A stretch of DNA of 64,000 nucleotides. Origin: Ignavibacteria bacterium (GTDB lineage: Bacteria > Bacteroidota > Ignavibacteria > Kapaibacteriales > Kapaibacteriaceae). The stretch is taken from assembly GCA_015709655.1 (NCBI GenBank), contig CP054181.1, positions 2,708,207 through 2,772,206 of the forward strand, read 5' to 3'. Within the stretch, counting starts at the first letter, position 1; every line of letters begins with the position of its first letter. The notes under the pieces are model-generated. The model worked only from the letters and a program-made list of their open reading frames with translations. It was not told where the DNA came from and made no database searches. Position numbers and translations under genes: made by a program. Below are positions 28,119-38,829 of the stretch, one piece after another.

Positions 28119-28696
28119 TCCGGATTCTTTCCAGCATACTGCTCATTAGTGTGGTTATGCAGACAGTTGTTCATGCACAAACCACCGAGATTACCACCCA
28201 CGGTGATACCGCTGTCACGGTGCAGGCACCATCGCCAGTGCTGCCGGTTCAGGCTCCTCCGGTACAACTCGGCTATTCGGTGTGGATGCAAACGGTGCCA
28301 ATCATGGAGATTGTTGGCATTCATGCCGATGTGCGGCTCCTTCATCCGTTTGGTGACGGCGGTTTTCGGAGCATTGGCATACGAGCAGGTATCGGCTACA
28401 GCTTATTCACCCCGCACTTCGCACCGGTGATGCTGCAGGCACTGTGGGGCTCGGTACACAATCTGGAAGTTTGTATTGGCACCAGTATTCCGCTGAATCC
28501 GGTGTACGGAACGCATGCTGAAAAACCGTTAACATGGCGGAATAAAATTGTTAACCCGACTGCATCGGTGGGATATCGGTACGAGAGCCCTGGGGGCGGC
28601 GTACAGTACCGGGCCGTTGTAAACCTGCTGTATCTGCCCGGACCGTCTCCAGGAGTTCTGCCAAGCCTTGGCGGCTCTATTGGGTGGTGGTGGTAG
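28115..28696 (+). CDS. hypothetical secreted protein (possible small outer-membrane beta-barrel), ends ...GWWW
   Basis: Signal peptide, alternating hydrophobic pattern, aromatic C-terminus; ATGA overlap with gmk. Confidence 0.4.
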   Translation: MIRILSSILLISVVMQTVVHAQTTEITTHGDTAVTVQAPSPVLPVQAPPVQLGYSVWMQTVPIMEIVGIHADVRLLHPFGDGGFRSIGIRAGIGYSLFTPHFAPVMLQALWGSVHNLEVCIGTSIPLNPVYGTHAEKPLTWRNKIVNPTASVGYRYESPGGGVQYRAVVNLLYLPGPSPGVLPSLGGSIGWWW

Positions 28697-28749
28697 GGAA
28701 GGCATCGTACTGCGACACACCTCCGGTCAGGTAGACAATGTGTTCTGCC

Positions 28750-28757
28750 CTATTTTT
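28750..28757 (+). promoter_or_regulatory. candidate -7 box TAttTTTG 6 nt upstream of the fused E1 gene start
   Basis: TAnnTTTG match; implies a leaderless or near-leaderless transcript. Confidence 0.3.
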
Positions 28758-28763
28758 GCCGTC

Positions 28764-31173
28764 TATGGAGAACGTTACGCAGAAAGAACACCGCTCAAAC
28801 GGAAAGAAGTCGCCACGGAATGATCGTGCCGCTGAGGCTCTTCACGATTACCGGATTGCCGTACTCTCCAGACAGGCCTCGCTGCTGGGCCGACGTGAGG
28901 TGCTAACAGGCAAGGCGAAGTTCGGAATTTTCGGCGACGGCAAGGAAGTGGCGCAGTTGGCTATGGCACGGGCCTGTAAACCAGGCGACTGGAGATCGGG
29001 ATACTACCGAGACCAGACGTTTATGTTTGCTACCGGTGCCAGCGACGTCCAGAAGTTCTTTGCACAGTTGTATGCTCACCCGAGTATCGAAGATGAACCG
29101 GCATCGGCAGGGCGCTCCATGAATGGTCACTTCGCCTCTCGCTTTATTAATCCGGAAACCGGCTGGCTTCCTCAAACCACATCGGTGAATATTAGTGCCG
29201 ACGTAAGCCCGACCGGATCGCAAATGCCAAGACTTGTAGGGCTTGCCTACGCAAGCGTGTTGTACCGTGAGCTTGAAGAATTAAAGCAGTTTACTATGTT
29301 CTCCGTGAATGGCAACGAAGTTGCATTCGGAACTATTGGTAATGCATCCGCTGCGGAAGGAATGTTCTGGGAGTCTGTCAATGCGATTGGTGTGTTAAAT
29401 GCGCCGGTGGTGATGAGCATCTGGGACGATGGTTACGGTATCAGTGTTTCAAATGAATTTCAACATACCAAGGCCGACGTGGGGAGCCTGCTATCGGGAT
29501 TCGAACGCACCGAGGGTGGTAAAAGCGGTTATCGTATCCACCGCGTAAAAGGATACGACTATCCTGCGTTGGTTGATGTGTATGTAAAAGCTGCCAACGA
29601 GGCACGCCAACACCATATCCCGCAACTTATCCATGTTACCGATGTTACTCAGCCGCAAGGCCACAGTACCAGCGGATCTCATGAACGCTATAAAAGCAAG
29701 GAACGTCTGCAGTGGGAAATCGATTCCGACTGCATTACCCACATGCGGAACTGGATCATTCAACAAGGGTATGCAACCGCAAACCAAATGGATGAAATTG
29801 ACAACCAGGCCGTTACCGAAGCTGCCAACGCTAAGCAGGCTGCGTGGGAAGCATATAGCGAACCAATCAAACGGGACGTTGATCAGGCATGCAGGTTACT
29901 GCAGGACTTGGGGCAAACCGAGATTGCCATTGAACTGCAGCAAATCCGCGAACCATTCCGAAAAGATATTATGGTGGCTACCGCCAGGGCGCTGGAGGCT
30001 ACCTACGGACAGAACTCGGCAGAACGCGAAGCACTCCGTGAATGGCGGACGGATTATAACAAAAGCATACAACCGTTGTACTCTGATAATCTGAAACGTC
30101 CGTACAGCTATGGTCCGAATTCCGGTTTTACACATGGCCAAGCCCCGTACATTATTCCACCGGTCTTTCAAGCCGATTCGCCGCAGGTTAATGGCAGCGA
30201 ACTGCTGAATGCCTGCTTTGACGCCAATTTTGGTCGAGACCCGCGACTAATTGCCTTTGGCGAAGATGTAGGACAGCTTGGAGATGTTAATCAGGGATTT
30301 GCCGGACTTCAGGCTAAGTACGGCGCACTGCGTATTTCGGATACCGGCATTCGTGAAGTTTCGATTGTTGGACAGGCTATCGGAATGTCGATGAGGGGGC
30401 TCCGACCGATTGCAGAAATTCAATATTTAGACTATCTGCTGTATTCGCTTCAGATCATGAGTGATGATTTGGCAACGGTTGAGTGGCGCACACGCGGCGG
30501 ACAGCGGGCTCCAGCAATCGTGCGTACGCGCGGTCACCGGCTGGAGGGCGTCTGGCACAGCGGCTCTCCAATGGCTGGCATTATCAGCCTTGTGCGTGGG
30601 ATTACCGTGTGCGTACCGCGTAACATGCTGCAAGCAGCAGGTATGTACAACACGTTGTTCAGAGAGGATCAGCCGGCACTTGTGATTGAGGTTCTTAGCG
30701 CCTACCGTTTGAAAGAATTGCTGCCATCGAACGTTGGCGACTTCATGGTTCCCATGGGTGTGCCCGAAATCGTAAGGCATGGCGGTACCCGGGCAGCCGT
30801 AACGCTGGTTACCTATGGTGCATGCGTGCGTGTGGCACTCGAAGCCGCAACGCGCTTGGCAGCCCTTGGAATCGAGATTGACGTAATTGATGTGCAGACG
30901 CTGCTTCCGTTTGATACCGAAGGTATCATTGCCACACGACTGAAAGAAACAAATAAACTGATAGTCTTGGACGAAGATGTTCCCGGTGGCGCTTCGGCCT
31001 ATATCCTGCAGACACTTCTTGAGCGCGACAATGCATGGTGGTGGCTTGATGTGCCGCCGAAAACCATTACGGCTACCGAACACAGACCCGCATACGGTAC
31101 AGACGGCGGCTATTGGAGTAAACCTGAAGCAGAAGATGTTATTGAGACTGTTCTTGCAATAGCAGGCGTATAG
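28764..31173 (+). CDS. fused alpha/beta E1 component of a 2-oxoacid dehydrogenase (TPP-dependent, ~800 aa)
   Basis: N-terminal E1 alpha-like TPP-binding half and C-terminal transketolase-like pyrimidine-binding + C-terminal domains in one polypeptide; ATG 28764 (track extends to 28738). Confidence 0.8.
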
Positions 31174-31194
31174 GCTGCACGACAGCCATGAGCG

Positions 31195-33612
31195 TTGATT
31201 ACTGACATGGTAGAAACAGAAACCACTACTGCGCGGTGTAAACATTGTGGTGATCACATTGGTTCAGCCGATATGGCAGCGCGAATTGGTGATGATGTTT
31301 TTTGCTGCTCGGGATGCGCCAGCGTGTTTGAAATACTTTCATCGCATAATCTGTGCAGTTATTATTCGATCGATGCTTCAGCGGGCAACTCACAACGCAA
31401 CGTCGCAGCTGACACTACTGATTACGACGCTCTTGATACACCGGAAATACTGAAAAAATTTACGGAGTGGAAGAGCGGAGACCTACAGCGAATCTCGTTC
31501 TACGTACCGTCAATGCACTGTGCATCGTGTGTATGGCTCCTGGAACAACTTCACAAGATAGACGAAGGAATCCGTCACTCCGATGTAAGCTATTTGAATA
31601 AGACGGTAGCAGTTGAGTTCAACTGTACGATCACACAGGCATCCAGTATTGCACGCCTGCTCTCACATGTGGGATATCCTCCGCTCCTAAACATTGAAGG
31701 CGACGAACAGCAGCGATTTAGTGCACGCCGCCACGTGTTGCGGGGACTGTATCTGCGACTGGGTGTAGCCGGGTTTGCAATGGCAAATATCATGATGATT
31801 GCCGTTGCAGTATATTTTGCCGGTGGAATCGCCGGTCTTCCGTCCGAGTTGCAGGAAATCTTTCCGTGGACGGCCATTGCGCTGTCTGTACCCGTGTATT
31901 TCTTCAGTGCTTCACCTTGGCTGAAAGGGGCTTTGGCGGCGTTGAAACAATTGCCCCGAAGGGGTCTGCAGACAGTAACGCTTGATGTTCCGGTAGCACT
32001 AGGTATGACGGCGCTCTTTGTGCGCAGCATTGTTGAAATTGTAACCGGAACCGGCGAAGGATTCCTTGACTCTTTTGTTGGTCTTGTGTTCTTTCTGCTG
32101 GTAGGCCGTCTGCTGTTAGAAAAAGCCTACGCGCGGATTTCATTCAACCGTACATACAAGTCATTCTTTCCCCTGTGGGTGCGCCGCGAGAAGAGAGCAT
32201 CGGAAGAAATCGTTCCACTAGAAAAGATAACGGTTGGAGACATACTGATTATCCGCAATGGTGAAGTAATACCGGCCGATGGTATTCTGATGGGGGATAC
32301 AGCATTCATTGACTATTCGTTTGTTAGCGGTGAAAGCCGTCCGGTAGTGGTGCGGAATGGCCAATTGCTGTACGCCGGAGGGAAAGCTGCCGGTGGACTG
32401 ATACGGATGGTTGCCACATCGACCGTTCAACACAGTTATCTGGTGAAGCTGTGGGAGCGAACAGCAGTCAGAAATTCCGGCTCGGTGTACGAAACCATGA
32501 GCAACACCTTTGGACAGTGGTTTACGATAGCTACGATTCTGATTGCGCTCACAGCGTTTGTTGTTTGGCTCCCGGATACATCGAGTGCTTTCCTGGTCTT
32601 TTCGGCAGTCCTCATTATTGCCTGTCCATGCGCACTCACCATTGCTGCCCCGATAGCGCTGGGTACGGCAATGGGTGTACTTGGAGCAAAAGGGATATTC
32701 CTGCGGACTGCCAATACGCTGGCCGATCTGCTCCGAGTTCGGGCTGTTGCATTTGATAAGACCGGGACACTGACAGAAGCCATTTCGGAACCGGACTTTT
32801 CGGCATTGGCGGTTTCGGATACGGAACGTCAGATGGTTGGTTGCCTGGCAAGCCAGAGCAGCCACCCCGTTGCGCGTACCATTGCCCGACACTGTACGTA
32901 CAATTCAGCAACCATGTATGCTGTGGATGTACATGAAGTTGCTGGAGATGGGATCAGTGGTACGGTAAACGGAGCCGATATTCGGATAGGTACTGCCGGG
33001 TTTGTGCAGCATCACGATACCGTTGCGGCAACCCACATTAGTATCAATGGAGACTATCGGGGTTATGTTCGGCAGACGCCCACGCTGCGTCAAGGCATTG
33101 TAAACCTTCGTCGGCTGCCAAACAGACTCTTATTGAGTGGCGATACAGACCAGGACAAGGAGCTGTTTGAGGCTGTGTTCGGGCAGCAAATGTTTTTTGG
33201 CCTGAAACCCGATGAAAAGCGTCAGCTGATTACCCGGGTACAGCATGAAACCGGGCGTATTCTCATGGTGGGTGATGGGCTGAATGATGCAGCGGCCATG
33301 GCAGCCGCCAACGTATCGATAGCCGTGACAGACCATACTGGTACATTGGCGCCCGCAAGCGATGTTGTTATGAATGCATCACGGATCCAGGATATTCCGG
33401 CCCTTCTAACCTATGCCAGGCAGATACATCGTGTTGTGTGGGCCACCTTCGTGTTTTCACTCGCGTACAACGTCCTTGGCATCGGACTGGCCGTCATTGG
33501 ACGTCTCACACCGGTTATGGCGGCCATCATGATGCCCGCAAGCTCACTGATTGTAATTGCGATGAGTGTGGCTGGCGCTCACTACTATGCACGGAACCAC
33601 GTATGGCAGTAA
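31195..33612 (+). CDS. ccoI: heavy-metal (copper) translocating P-type ATPase, CcoI/FixI-like
   Basis: N-terminal Cys-rich CcoI-type domain (CKHCGDHIG...CCSGCASVFE), HMA CxxC (MHCASC), CPC (ACPCAL), DKTGTLT, GDGLNDAAAM; immediately upstream of ccoS and cbb3 genes. Confidence 0.85.
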   Translation: MITDMVETETTTARCKHCGDHIGSADMAARIGDDVFCCSGCASVFEILSSHNLCSYYSIDASAGNSQRNVAADTTDYDALDTPEILKKFTEWKSGDLQRISFYVPSMHCASCVWLLEQLHKIDEGIRHSDVSYLNKTVAVEFNCTITQASSIARLLSHVGYPPLLNIEGDEQQRFSARRHVLRGLYLRLGVAGFAMANIMMIAVAVYFAGGIAGLPSELQEIFPWTAIALSVPVYFFSASPWLKGALAALKQLPRRGLQTVTLDVPVALGMTALFVRSIVEIVTGTGEGFLDSFVGLVFFLLVGRLLLEKAYARISFNRTYKSFFPLWVRREKRASEEIVPLEKITVGDILIIRNGEVIPADGILMGDTAFIDYSFVSGESRPVVVRNGQLLYAGGKAAGGLIRMVATSTVQHSYLVKLWERTAVRNSGSVYETMSNTFGQWFTIATILIALTAFVVWLPDTSSAFLVFSAVLIIACPCALTIAAPIALGTAMGVLGAKGIFLRTANTLADLLRVRAVAFDKTGTLTEAISEPDFSALAVSDTERQMVGCLASQSSHPVARTIARHCTYNSATMYAVDVHEVAGDGISGTVNGADIRIGTAGFVQHHDTVAATHISINGDYRGYVRQTPTLRQGIVNLRRLPNRLLLSGDTDQDKELFEAVFGQQMFFGLKPDEKRQLITRVQHETGRILMVGDGLNDAAAMAAANVSIAVTDHTGTLAPASDVVMNASRIQDIPALLTYARQIHRVVWATFVFSLAYNVLGIGLAVIGRLTPVMAAIMMPASSLIVIAMSVAGAHYYARNHVWQ

Positions 33613-33740
33613 TTGTAATTCTGTTCTTCTGCAGCTTGCTCGTTGCCGGTGGCTTTTTAGTAGCGTTTATTTTGGCCACACGTCGCGGACAGTACGACGA
33701 CGTAGTAACCCCGCCACATCGGATTATGGATGATGAGTAG
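33603..33740 (+). CDS. ccoS: cbb3-type cytochrome oxidase maturation protein CcoS/FixS (45 aa; not in supplied ORF track as a separate gene)
   Basis: ATG 33603 overlaps ccoI stop by 10 nt; MAVIVILFFCSLLVAGGFLVAFILATRRGQYDDVVTPPHRIMDDE has the FixS single-TM + GQYDD signature; appears only as the tail of a longer out-of-context ORF (33438..33740) in the track. Confidence 0.6.
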   Translation: MAVIVILFFCSLLVAGGFLVAFILATRRGQYDDVVTPPHRIMDDE

Positions 33741-33744
33741 GGAA

Positions 33745-33800
33745 GCTGGGCAGTCTTGTGTCCCAGCGTCGGCCTTGGCGACACTTTTGTTGTTTTTGTC
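33745..33800 (+). terminator. terminator-like hairpins plus T-tract after ccoS
   Basis: GCTGGG(33745-50)/CCCAGC(33762-67) stem, second short GTCG/CGAC stem, then acTTTTgTTgTTTTTgtc. Confidence 0.4.
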
Positions 33801-33910
33801 TTCAACACCATTTCTGCTGACCCGTGTACATCGTTATCTTTACGCAGCGATTGTAGCTAGTACACACATTACACACACCAAAATCCGGTAATTATCTGAA
33901 GGCGACCTTT

Positions 33911-36061
33911 ATGGCCGATAGCACCTTTGCAGGTAGAACTGAAACAGTCCACTATGATAATGCCATTGTGCGTGCATTTGCGCTGGCAACCCTGGTATGG
34001 GGTATCGTTGGATTCCTGGTAGGGCTTATTGTAGCAATCAAACTCTTTGTTCCCGAATTCCTTGGCGGGTTTGACTATTTATCCTTTGGACGACTTCGTC
34101 CGTTGCATACCAATGCAGTTGTTTTTGCCTTCGCAGGCAATGCAATTTTCCTGGGTGTGTACTATTCCTTGCAGCGGCTTTGCCGAAGCAGAATGTACAG
34201 CGACATTCTCAGTAAAATTCATTTCTGGGGCTGGCAGCTTATCATCGTCAGTGCGGCAATTACACTGCCCCTGGGGATAACGACAAGTAAGGAGTATGCA
34301 GAGCTGGAATGGCCGATTGATATTGCAATCACACTTATTTGGGTTGTGTTTGGCTGGAATATGATCGGGACCATACTGAACCGTAAGGACAAGCATATCT
34401 ACGTTGCAATCTGGTTCTATCTGGCCACCTTTATCACTGTTGCTGTTCTGCACATTGTGAACAGTTTTGAAATTCCTGTCCACCTGTTAAAAAGTTATAG
34501 TATGTATGCAGGTGTTCAGGATGCACTTGTTCAGTGGTGGTACGGACATAACGCCGTTGCGTTTTTTCTGACCACACCGTTTCTTGGCATCATGTACTAC
34601 TTTGTACCCAAGGCAGCGGAGCGCCCGGTCTTTTCATACCGTCTGTCAATTGTACACTTCTGGGCCCTGGTTTTTATGTACATCTGGGCGGGACCGCACC
34701 ACCTGCTCTACACGGCATTGCCGGGCTGGGCGCAAAGCCTGGGTGTTGTTTTCAGTCTGATGCTGATAGCACCATCATGGGGTGGTATGGTAAACGGACT
34801 TCTTACGTTGCGTGGCGCCTGGGATAAGGTCCGTACGGATCCGGTTCTGAAATTTATGGTTGTGGGTATTACAGCGTACGGCATGAGCACGTTTGAAGGA
34901 CCAATGCTGAGCTTAAAGAACATCAATGCGATAGCTCACTATACCGACTACATCATTGGTCACGTACACCTGGGTGCCTTGCTCTGGAATGGCGGTTTAG
35001 CCTTTGCCATGCTGTATTACATCATACCCCGCATTTATCGCACGAAGCTGTACAGTCTGTCACTTGCCAACATGCACTTCTGGTTAATGACCCTTGGTGT
35101 TGTGATTTATGTTATCCCACTGTACTGGGGTGGCATTACTCAGTCACTGATGTGGGCCCAGTTCCTGCCTGACGGATCGCTGCAGTATCCCAATTTTCTT
35201 GAGACCGTTACTCAGATTATTCCCATGTATGTACTTCGGGCTATTGGTGGTACGCTGTACATAGTTGGTGCAATTATCTGTGTATGGAACCTGCACAAGA
35301 CAGCCAGGAGCGGTAAACTCATTGTCAATGAAGAAGCACAGGTTGTTAACCGTCGCACTGCGCATGAAGGTAGCACGGCAAAGGAAGGCTGGCATCGCTG
35401 GCTGGAAGGACGCCCGGTACGTTTTAGCGTATACACGCTGATCGCAGTAGCAATCGGCGGAATCGTAGAGTTTATTCCCACATTTTTAGTAAAAAGCAAC
35501 ATACCAACCATTGCATCGGTAAAACCGTACACGCCCCTGGAGCTTGAAGGACGTGATATCTACGTTCGTGAAGGATGTTATACCTGTCACTCACAGATGG
35601 TACGTCCGTTCCGAAGTGAAACCGAGCGGTATGGCCAGTACAGTATGGCAGGCGAGTTCATTTACGACTATCCGTTTCAGTGGGGATCGAAGCGAACCGG
35701 ACCTGACCTGCACCGCGTGGGCGGCAAGTATCCGGATGCATGGCACTGGAAGCACATGCACGAACCGCAGTCCACCTCGCCCGGTTCCATCATGCCCGGC
35801 TACCCGTGGATGTACACAACAAACCTGGACATCTCGCATACCGAGGGAAAAATCATCACCATGCAGCGCCTGGGCGTACCCTATCCGCCCGGCTTCGAAA
35901 AGCAGGCTGTTGCCAATTTGCAGCAACAGGCAGGCGAGGTTGCCGGACGGCTGAGCCAGGCAGGAATCAAGGGTGTTGACGCAAACAAGGAAATCATTGC
36001 GCTCATTGCATATCTGCAGCGATTGGGGACTGACATCAGGAAGGAGGTGGAACAGCCATGA
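33911..36061 (+). CDS. ccoNO: cbb3-type cytochrome c oxidase fused subunits I+II (CcoN-CcoO)
   Basis: 12-TM heme-copper oxidase core (YLSFGRLRPLHTN..., HHLLYT...) fused to C-terminal mono-haem domain (CYTCHSQMVRPF); fusion is typical of Bacteroidota. Confidence 0.9.
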   Translation: MADSTFAGRTETVHYDNAIVRAFALATLVWGIVGFLVGLIVAIKLFVPEFLGGFDYLSFGRLRPLHTNAVVFAFAGNAIFLGVYYSLQRLCRSRMYSDILSKIHFWGWQLIIVSAAITLPLGITTSKEYAELEWPIDIAITLIWVVFGWNMIGTILNRKDKHIYVAIWFYLATFITVAVLHIVNSFEIPVHLLKSYSMYAGVQDALVQWWYGHNAVAFFLTTPFLGIMYYFVPKAAERPVFSYRLSIVHFWALVFMYIWAGPHHLLYTALPGWAQSLGVVFSLMLIAPSWGGMVNGLLTLRGAWDKVRTDPVLKFMVVGITAYGMSTFEGPMLSLKNINAIAHYTDYIIGHVHLGALLWNGGLAFAMLYYIIPRIYRTKLYSLSLANMHFWLMTLGVVIYVIPLYWGGITQSLMWAQFLPDGSLQYPNFLETVTQIIPMYVLRAIGGTLYIVGAIICVWNLHKTARSGKLIVNEEAQVVNRRTAHEGSTAKEGWHRWLEGRPVRFSVYTLIAVAIGGIVEFIPTFLVKSNIPTIASVKPYTPLELEGRDIYVREGCYTCHSQMVRPFRSETERYGQYSMAGEFIYDYPFQWGSKRTGPDLHRVGGKYPDAWHWKHMHEPQSTSPGSIMPGYPWMYTTNLDISHTEGKIITMQRLGVPYPPGFEKQAVANLQQQAGEVAGRLSQAGIKGVDANKEIIALIAYLQRLGTDIRKEVEQP

Positions 36062-36237
36062 ATTCAAGGGTCCTGAGCTCGATTCCCGGCATTGAACTGT
36101 ATCCCATCGTTGCACTCATCCTGTTTGTTGGTTTTTTTACCGGTCTGATCGTGTGGTTTGTAACAGCTGACAAGTCAGCCATGCGCGATCATGCCGAGAT
36201 GCCACTGGATAACGAGACCAAAGCCCCCTTACAGTAA
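36058..36237 (+). CDS. ccoQ: small single-TM protein, CcoQ/FixQ-like (59 aa; below track size cutoff)
   Basis: ATG overlaps ccoNO stop (ATGA); MNSRVLSSIPGIELYPIVALILFVGFFTGLIVWFV... one TM helix; position between ccoNO and ccoP. Confidence 0.45.
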   Translation: MNSRVLSSIPGIELYPIVALILFVGFFTGLIVWFVTADKSAMRDHAEMPLDNETKAPLQ

Positions 36238-36278
36238 AAGATCTTACTTTAAACTAACGACAACCGGTTTGGTGACTT

Positions 36279-36902
36279 ATGGCCGAGCAAAAAAAAGATA
36301 CATTGATGGACCATGATGCCGATGGCATCCAGGAGTTCGACAACAACTTGCCGCGCTGGTGGCTGTACGGTTTTTACCTTATCATAGGACTGAGCGTGGT
36401 GTACATGTTTTACTACCATGTTTACACAGGTCCTGACTGGAATATCTTGTGGTATGGTGCAAAGACTCAGGAGGCTGAATACAGGACAGAGCTAAAGAAT
36501 GCCGAGACTCTGCGCGCGAATGCACCTAAATCCGAAGCGGTCGTGTTTACACTGCTAACCGATAACGCTTCACTTGATAAAGGTAAGGAAATTTACAACA
36601 GTACGAATAGTTTGTGCATGACCTGCCACCGCGAAGATCTTGGCGGAGCAGTAGGCCCTAACCTTACCGATGATAATTGGATTCACGGCTGTTCCATTGA
36701 AGAAATTATTGCAAGCATTAAATCTGGTTTTCCCGATAAGGGGATGCTTCCGTACGGAAGCACCAATAAACTTAGTAACACAGAGCTGCAGCAACTTGCC
36801 AGTTACATCATTTCCATGCGTGGCTCAAATCCACCCGACCCCAAGCCAATTGAAGAAGGTCGCGATAAACCGTGCAGTCACGATAAAGAACTCCCGAGCT
36901 GA
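36279..36902 (+). CDS. ccoP: cbb3-type cytochrome c oxidase subunit III (CcoP), mono-haem variant
   Basis: N-terminal FDNNLPRWWLYGFY signature of CcoP, one CxxCH (CMTCH). Confidence 0.75.
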   Translation: MAEQKKDTLMDHDADGIQEFDNNLPRWWLYGFYLIIGLSVVYMFYYHVYTGPDWNILWYGAKTQEAEYRTELKNAETLRANAPKSEAVVFTLLTDNASLDKGKEIYNSTNSLCMTCHREDLGGAVGPNLTDDNWIHGCSIEEIIASIKSGFPDKGMLPYGSTNKLSNTELQQLASYIISMRGSNPPDPKPIEEGRDKPCSHDKELPS

Positions 36903-36904
36903 TC

Positions 36905-38350
36905 ATGGCTGTAATCGAAGTAGAAGAGATCGACGATCACGAACGGTACCGTGCCGAACTCGCAAGTATATCCAAGGACGGAAAACGAAAATGGATCTAT
37001 GCACGCAAACCACGAGGACGGTTATACCGGTGGCGGACAATTTTAAGCTGGTTTCTGCTGCTCTTCCTGGTGCTGGCACCGTTTGTGAAAGTCAACGGAC
37101 ACCAGTTTTTACTCTTCAACATCATCGAACGAGAGTTTGTTTTCTTTGGCATACCATTCTGGCCGAACGACTTCTATTTGGTAGCTCTGATGTTCCTTAC
37201 CGGAGTCGTTACGATTGTTTTGTTTACCTCTACCCTTGGCAGACTCTGGTGCGGCTGGCTGTGTCCGCAAACCATTTTTATGGAAATGGTGTTCCGAAAG
37301 ATTGAATGGCTTCTTGACGGAACCCCTAAGGAACAGGCCTTAAGAGATGCCGGTGCGTGGACGGTATCACGCGTAATGCACCGGATTGCCAAGATATCAA
37401 TATTCTTTACAATCTCGTTTCTGATATCCAACGTTTTTCTGGCGTACGTTGTTGGAAGTGATACGTTGTTGCAGTACATCGTAAACGGACCCTTTCAACA
37501 CTGGGATTTGTTTGTTGGCCTGCTGTTCTTTGCATTTGTTTTTTTCATGGTGTTCTACCGATTCAGGGAACAGGCCTGCCTGATTGTTTGTCCGTACGGA
37601 CGGTACATGAGTGCCCTTGTTGACGACAACACGATGGCTGTAAGTTACGATTTCAGGCGCGGCGAGCCTCGTGGAAAGTTTACTCGTGACGATGCCGCAG
37701 CAAAACGAATGATGACTGAAGCCGATTTTAAACGGCCAAACGATCAGGGAGACTGCGTGGACTGTTATCAGTGTGTTACGGTTTGTCCAACCGGTATCGA
37801 CATTCGTAATGGCATACAACTGGAATGTGTTAGCTGTACTGCCTGTATCGACGCCTGTAATGAGGTTATGGACAAAGTGGGTCTGCCGCGTGGCCTTATT
37901 CGTCACACAAGTCAGAGTGTGATTGAAAACGGAAAGGGGCATTGGTTTACCCGCAGGATAGCCGCCTACGGTATTGTGTGGCTGCTGCTGATAGCAACCG
38001 TTGTTACGCTTTTTATACTACGAGCTGACGTTGACGTGAAGATTCTACGTCAGGAAGGCACAACATGGGTTACGACAACTGAGGGGCTGGGTAACGTATA
38101 CCGAATTCAGATTATTAACAAAAGTCATGAAAGCATACCAATCACAGTAAAAGTACTCAGCCCTTCCACTGCCGTGATAACCCCTGTGGGAATACCCGAC
38201 AGGGTAGAACCACAGCAAATACTGAAAGGCAGGTTTATTGTGAGTTTGCCAACGGCTACTCTCGCGCAGCACGGAACCAAGATCCGGATTGCCGTACTCT
38301 CGGGCACCAGCACTGTTTACGAAGCTGAAACATCGTTCATTACTCCATGA
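36905..38350 (+). CDS. ccoG: CcoG/FixG-type 4Fe-4S ferredoxin membrane protein (cbb3 oxidase assembly)
   Basis: Multiple TM helices, two 4Fe-4S clusters (CVDCYQCVTVCP, CVSCTACIDAC), C-terminal Ig-like domain. Confidence 0.85.
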   Translation: MAVIEVEEIDDHERYRAELASISKDGKRKWIYARKPRGRLYRWRTILSWFLLLFLVLAPFVKVNGHQFLLFNIIEREFVFFGIPFWPNDFYLVALMFLTGVVTIVLFTSTLGRLWCGWLCPQTIFMEMVFRKIEWLLDGTPKEQALRDAGAWTVSRVMHRIAKISIFFTISFLISNVFLAYVVGSDTLLQYIVNGPFQHWDLFVGLLFFAFVFFMVFYRFREQACLIVCPYGRYMSALVDDNTMAVSYDFRRGEPRGKFTRDDAAAKRMMTEADFKRPNDQGDCVDCYQCVTVCPTGIDIRNGIQLECVSCTACIDACNEVMDKVGLPRGLIRHTSQSVIENGKGHWFTRRIAAYGIVWLLLIATVVTLFILRADVDVKILRQEGTTWVTTTEGLGNVYRIQIINKSHESIPITVKVLSPSTAVITPVGIPDRVEPQQILKGRFIVSLPTATLAQHGTKIRIAVLSGTSTVYEAETSFITP

Positions 38351-38829
38351 AGGACCCCAACACCGTTACACGTCATGACTCCCTGATCGACTCCGGGTTC
38401 CACTGGGGAAAACGAATTGCTCTTGTGTATGTGGCCTTTGCCGTTGCAACCCTCGGCTTTGTAGTTTTTGCGCTTACGCGGAGTGTACACCTTGTCCGCA
38501 CCGATTATTACGAACATTCACTTGACTATTCGCGTACCCAGGAAGCGCGACAACATACCAGTCAGAAAGCAGACAGCTTTTTCATCAAGGAGCAGGATGC
38601 CGAATCGGTTTTATTTCAGCTGGAGCCTGACGTGAAGGTTTCAGTTCTTTGTTACCGACCCGACAACCCAACACTGGACAAAATACTAACGATTCATACC
38701 AATCATGACGGGGTATATCGGCTGCCTCCCGGCACACTTCAGTCTGGACAATGGCGAATTGTTGCATCGTGGACAAGTGGCGGTATACCGTACGAGATGG
38801 AAGAGAGACTCTACCTATGGAACCGCTGA
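38347..38829 (+). CDS. ccoH: FixH/CcoH-like protein
   Basis: 160 aa, single N-terminal TM, position after ccoG with ATGA overlap. Confidence 0.55.
   Translation: MKDPNTVTRHDSLIDSGFHWGKRIALVYVAFAVATLGFVVFALTRSVHLVRTDYYEHSLDYSRTQEARQHTSQKADSFFIKEQDAESVLFQLEPDVKVSVLCYRPDNPTLDKILTIHTNHDGVYRLPPGTLQSGQWRIVASWTSGGIPYEMEERLYLWNR

Noticed and set aside
36570-37305. Track ORFs overlapping ccoP/ccoG in other frames (74 aa minus, 211 aa plus)
   Set aside because: The ccoP and ccoG frames carry haem and Fe-S motifs; the alternatives do not.
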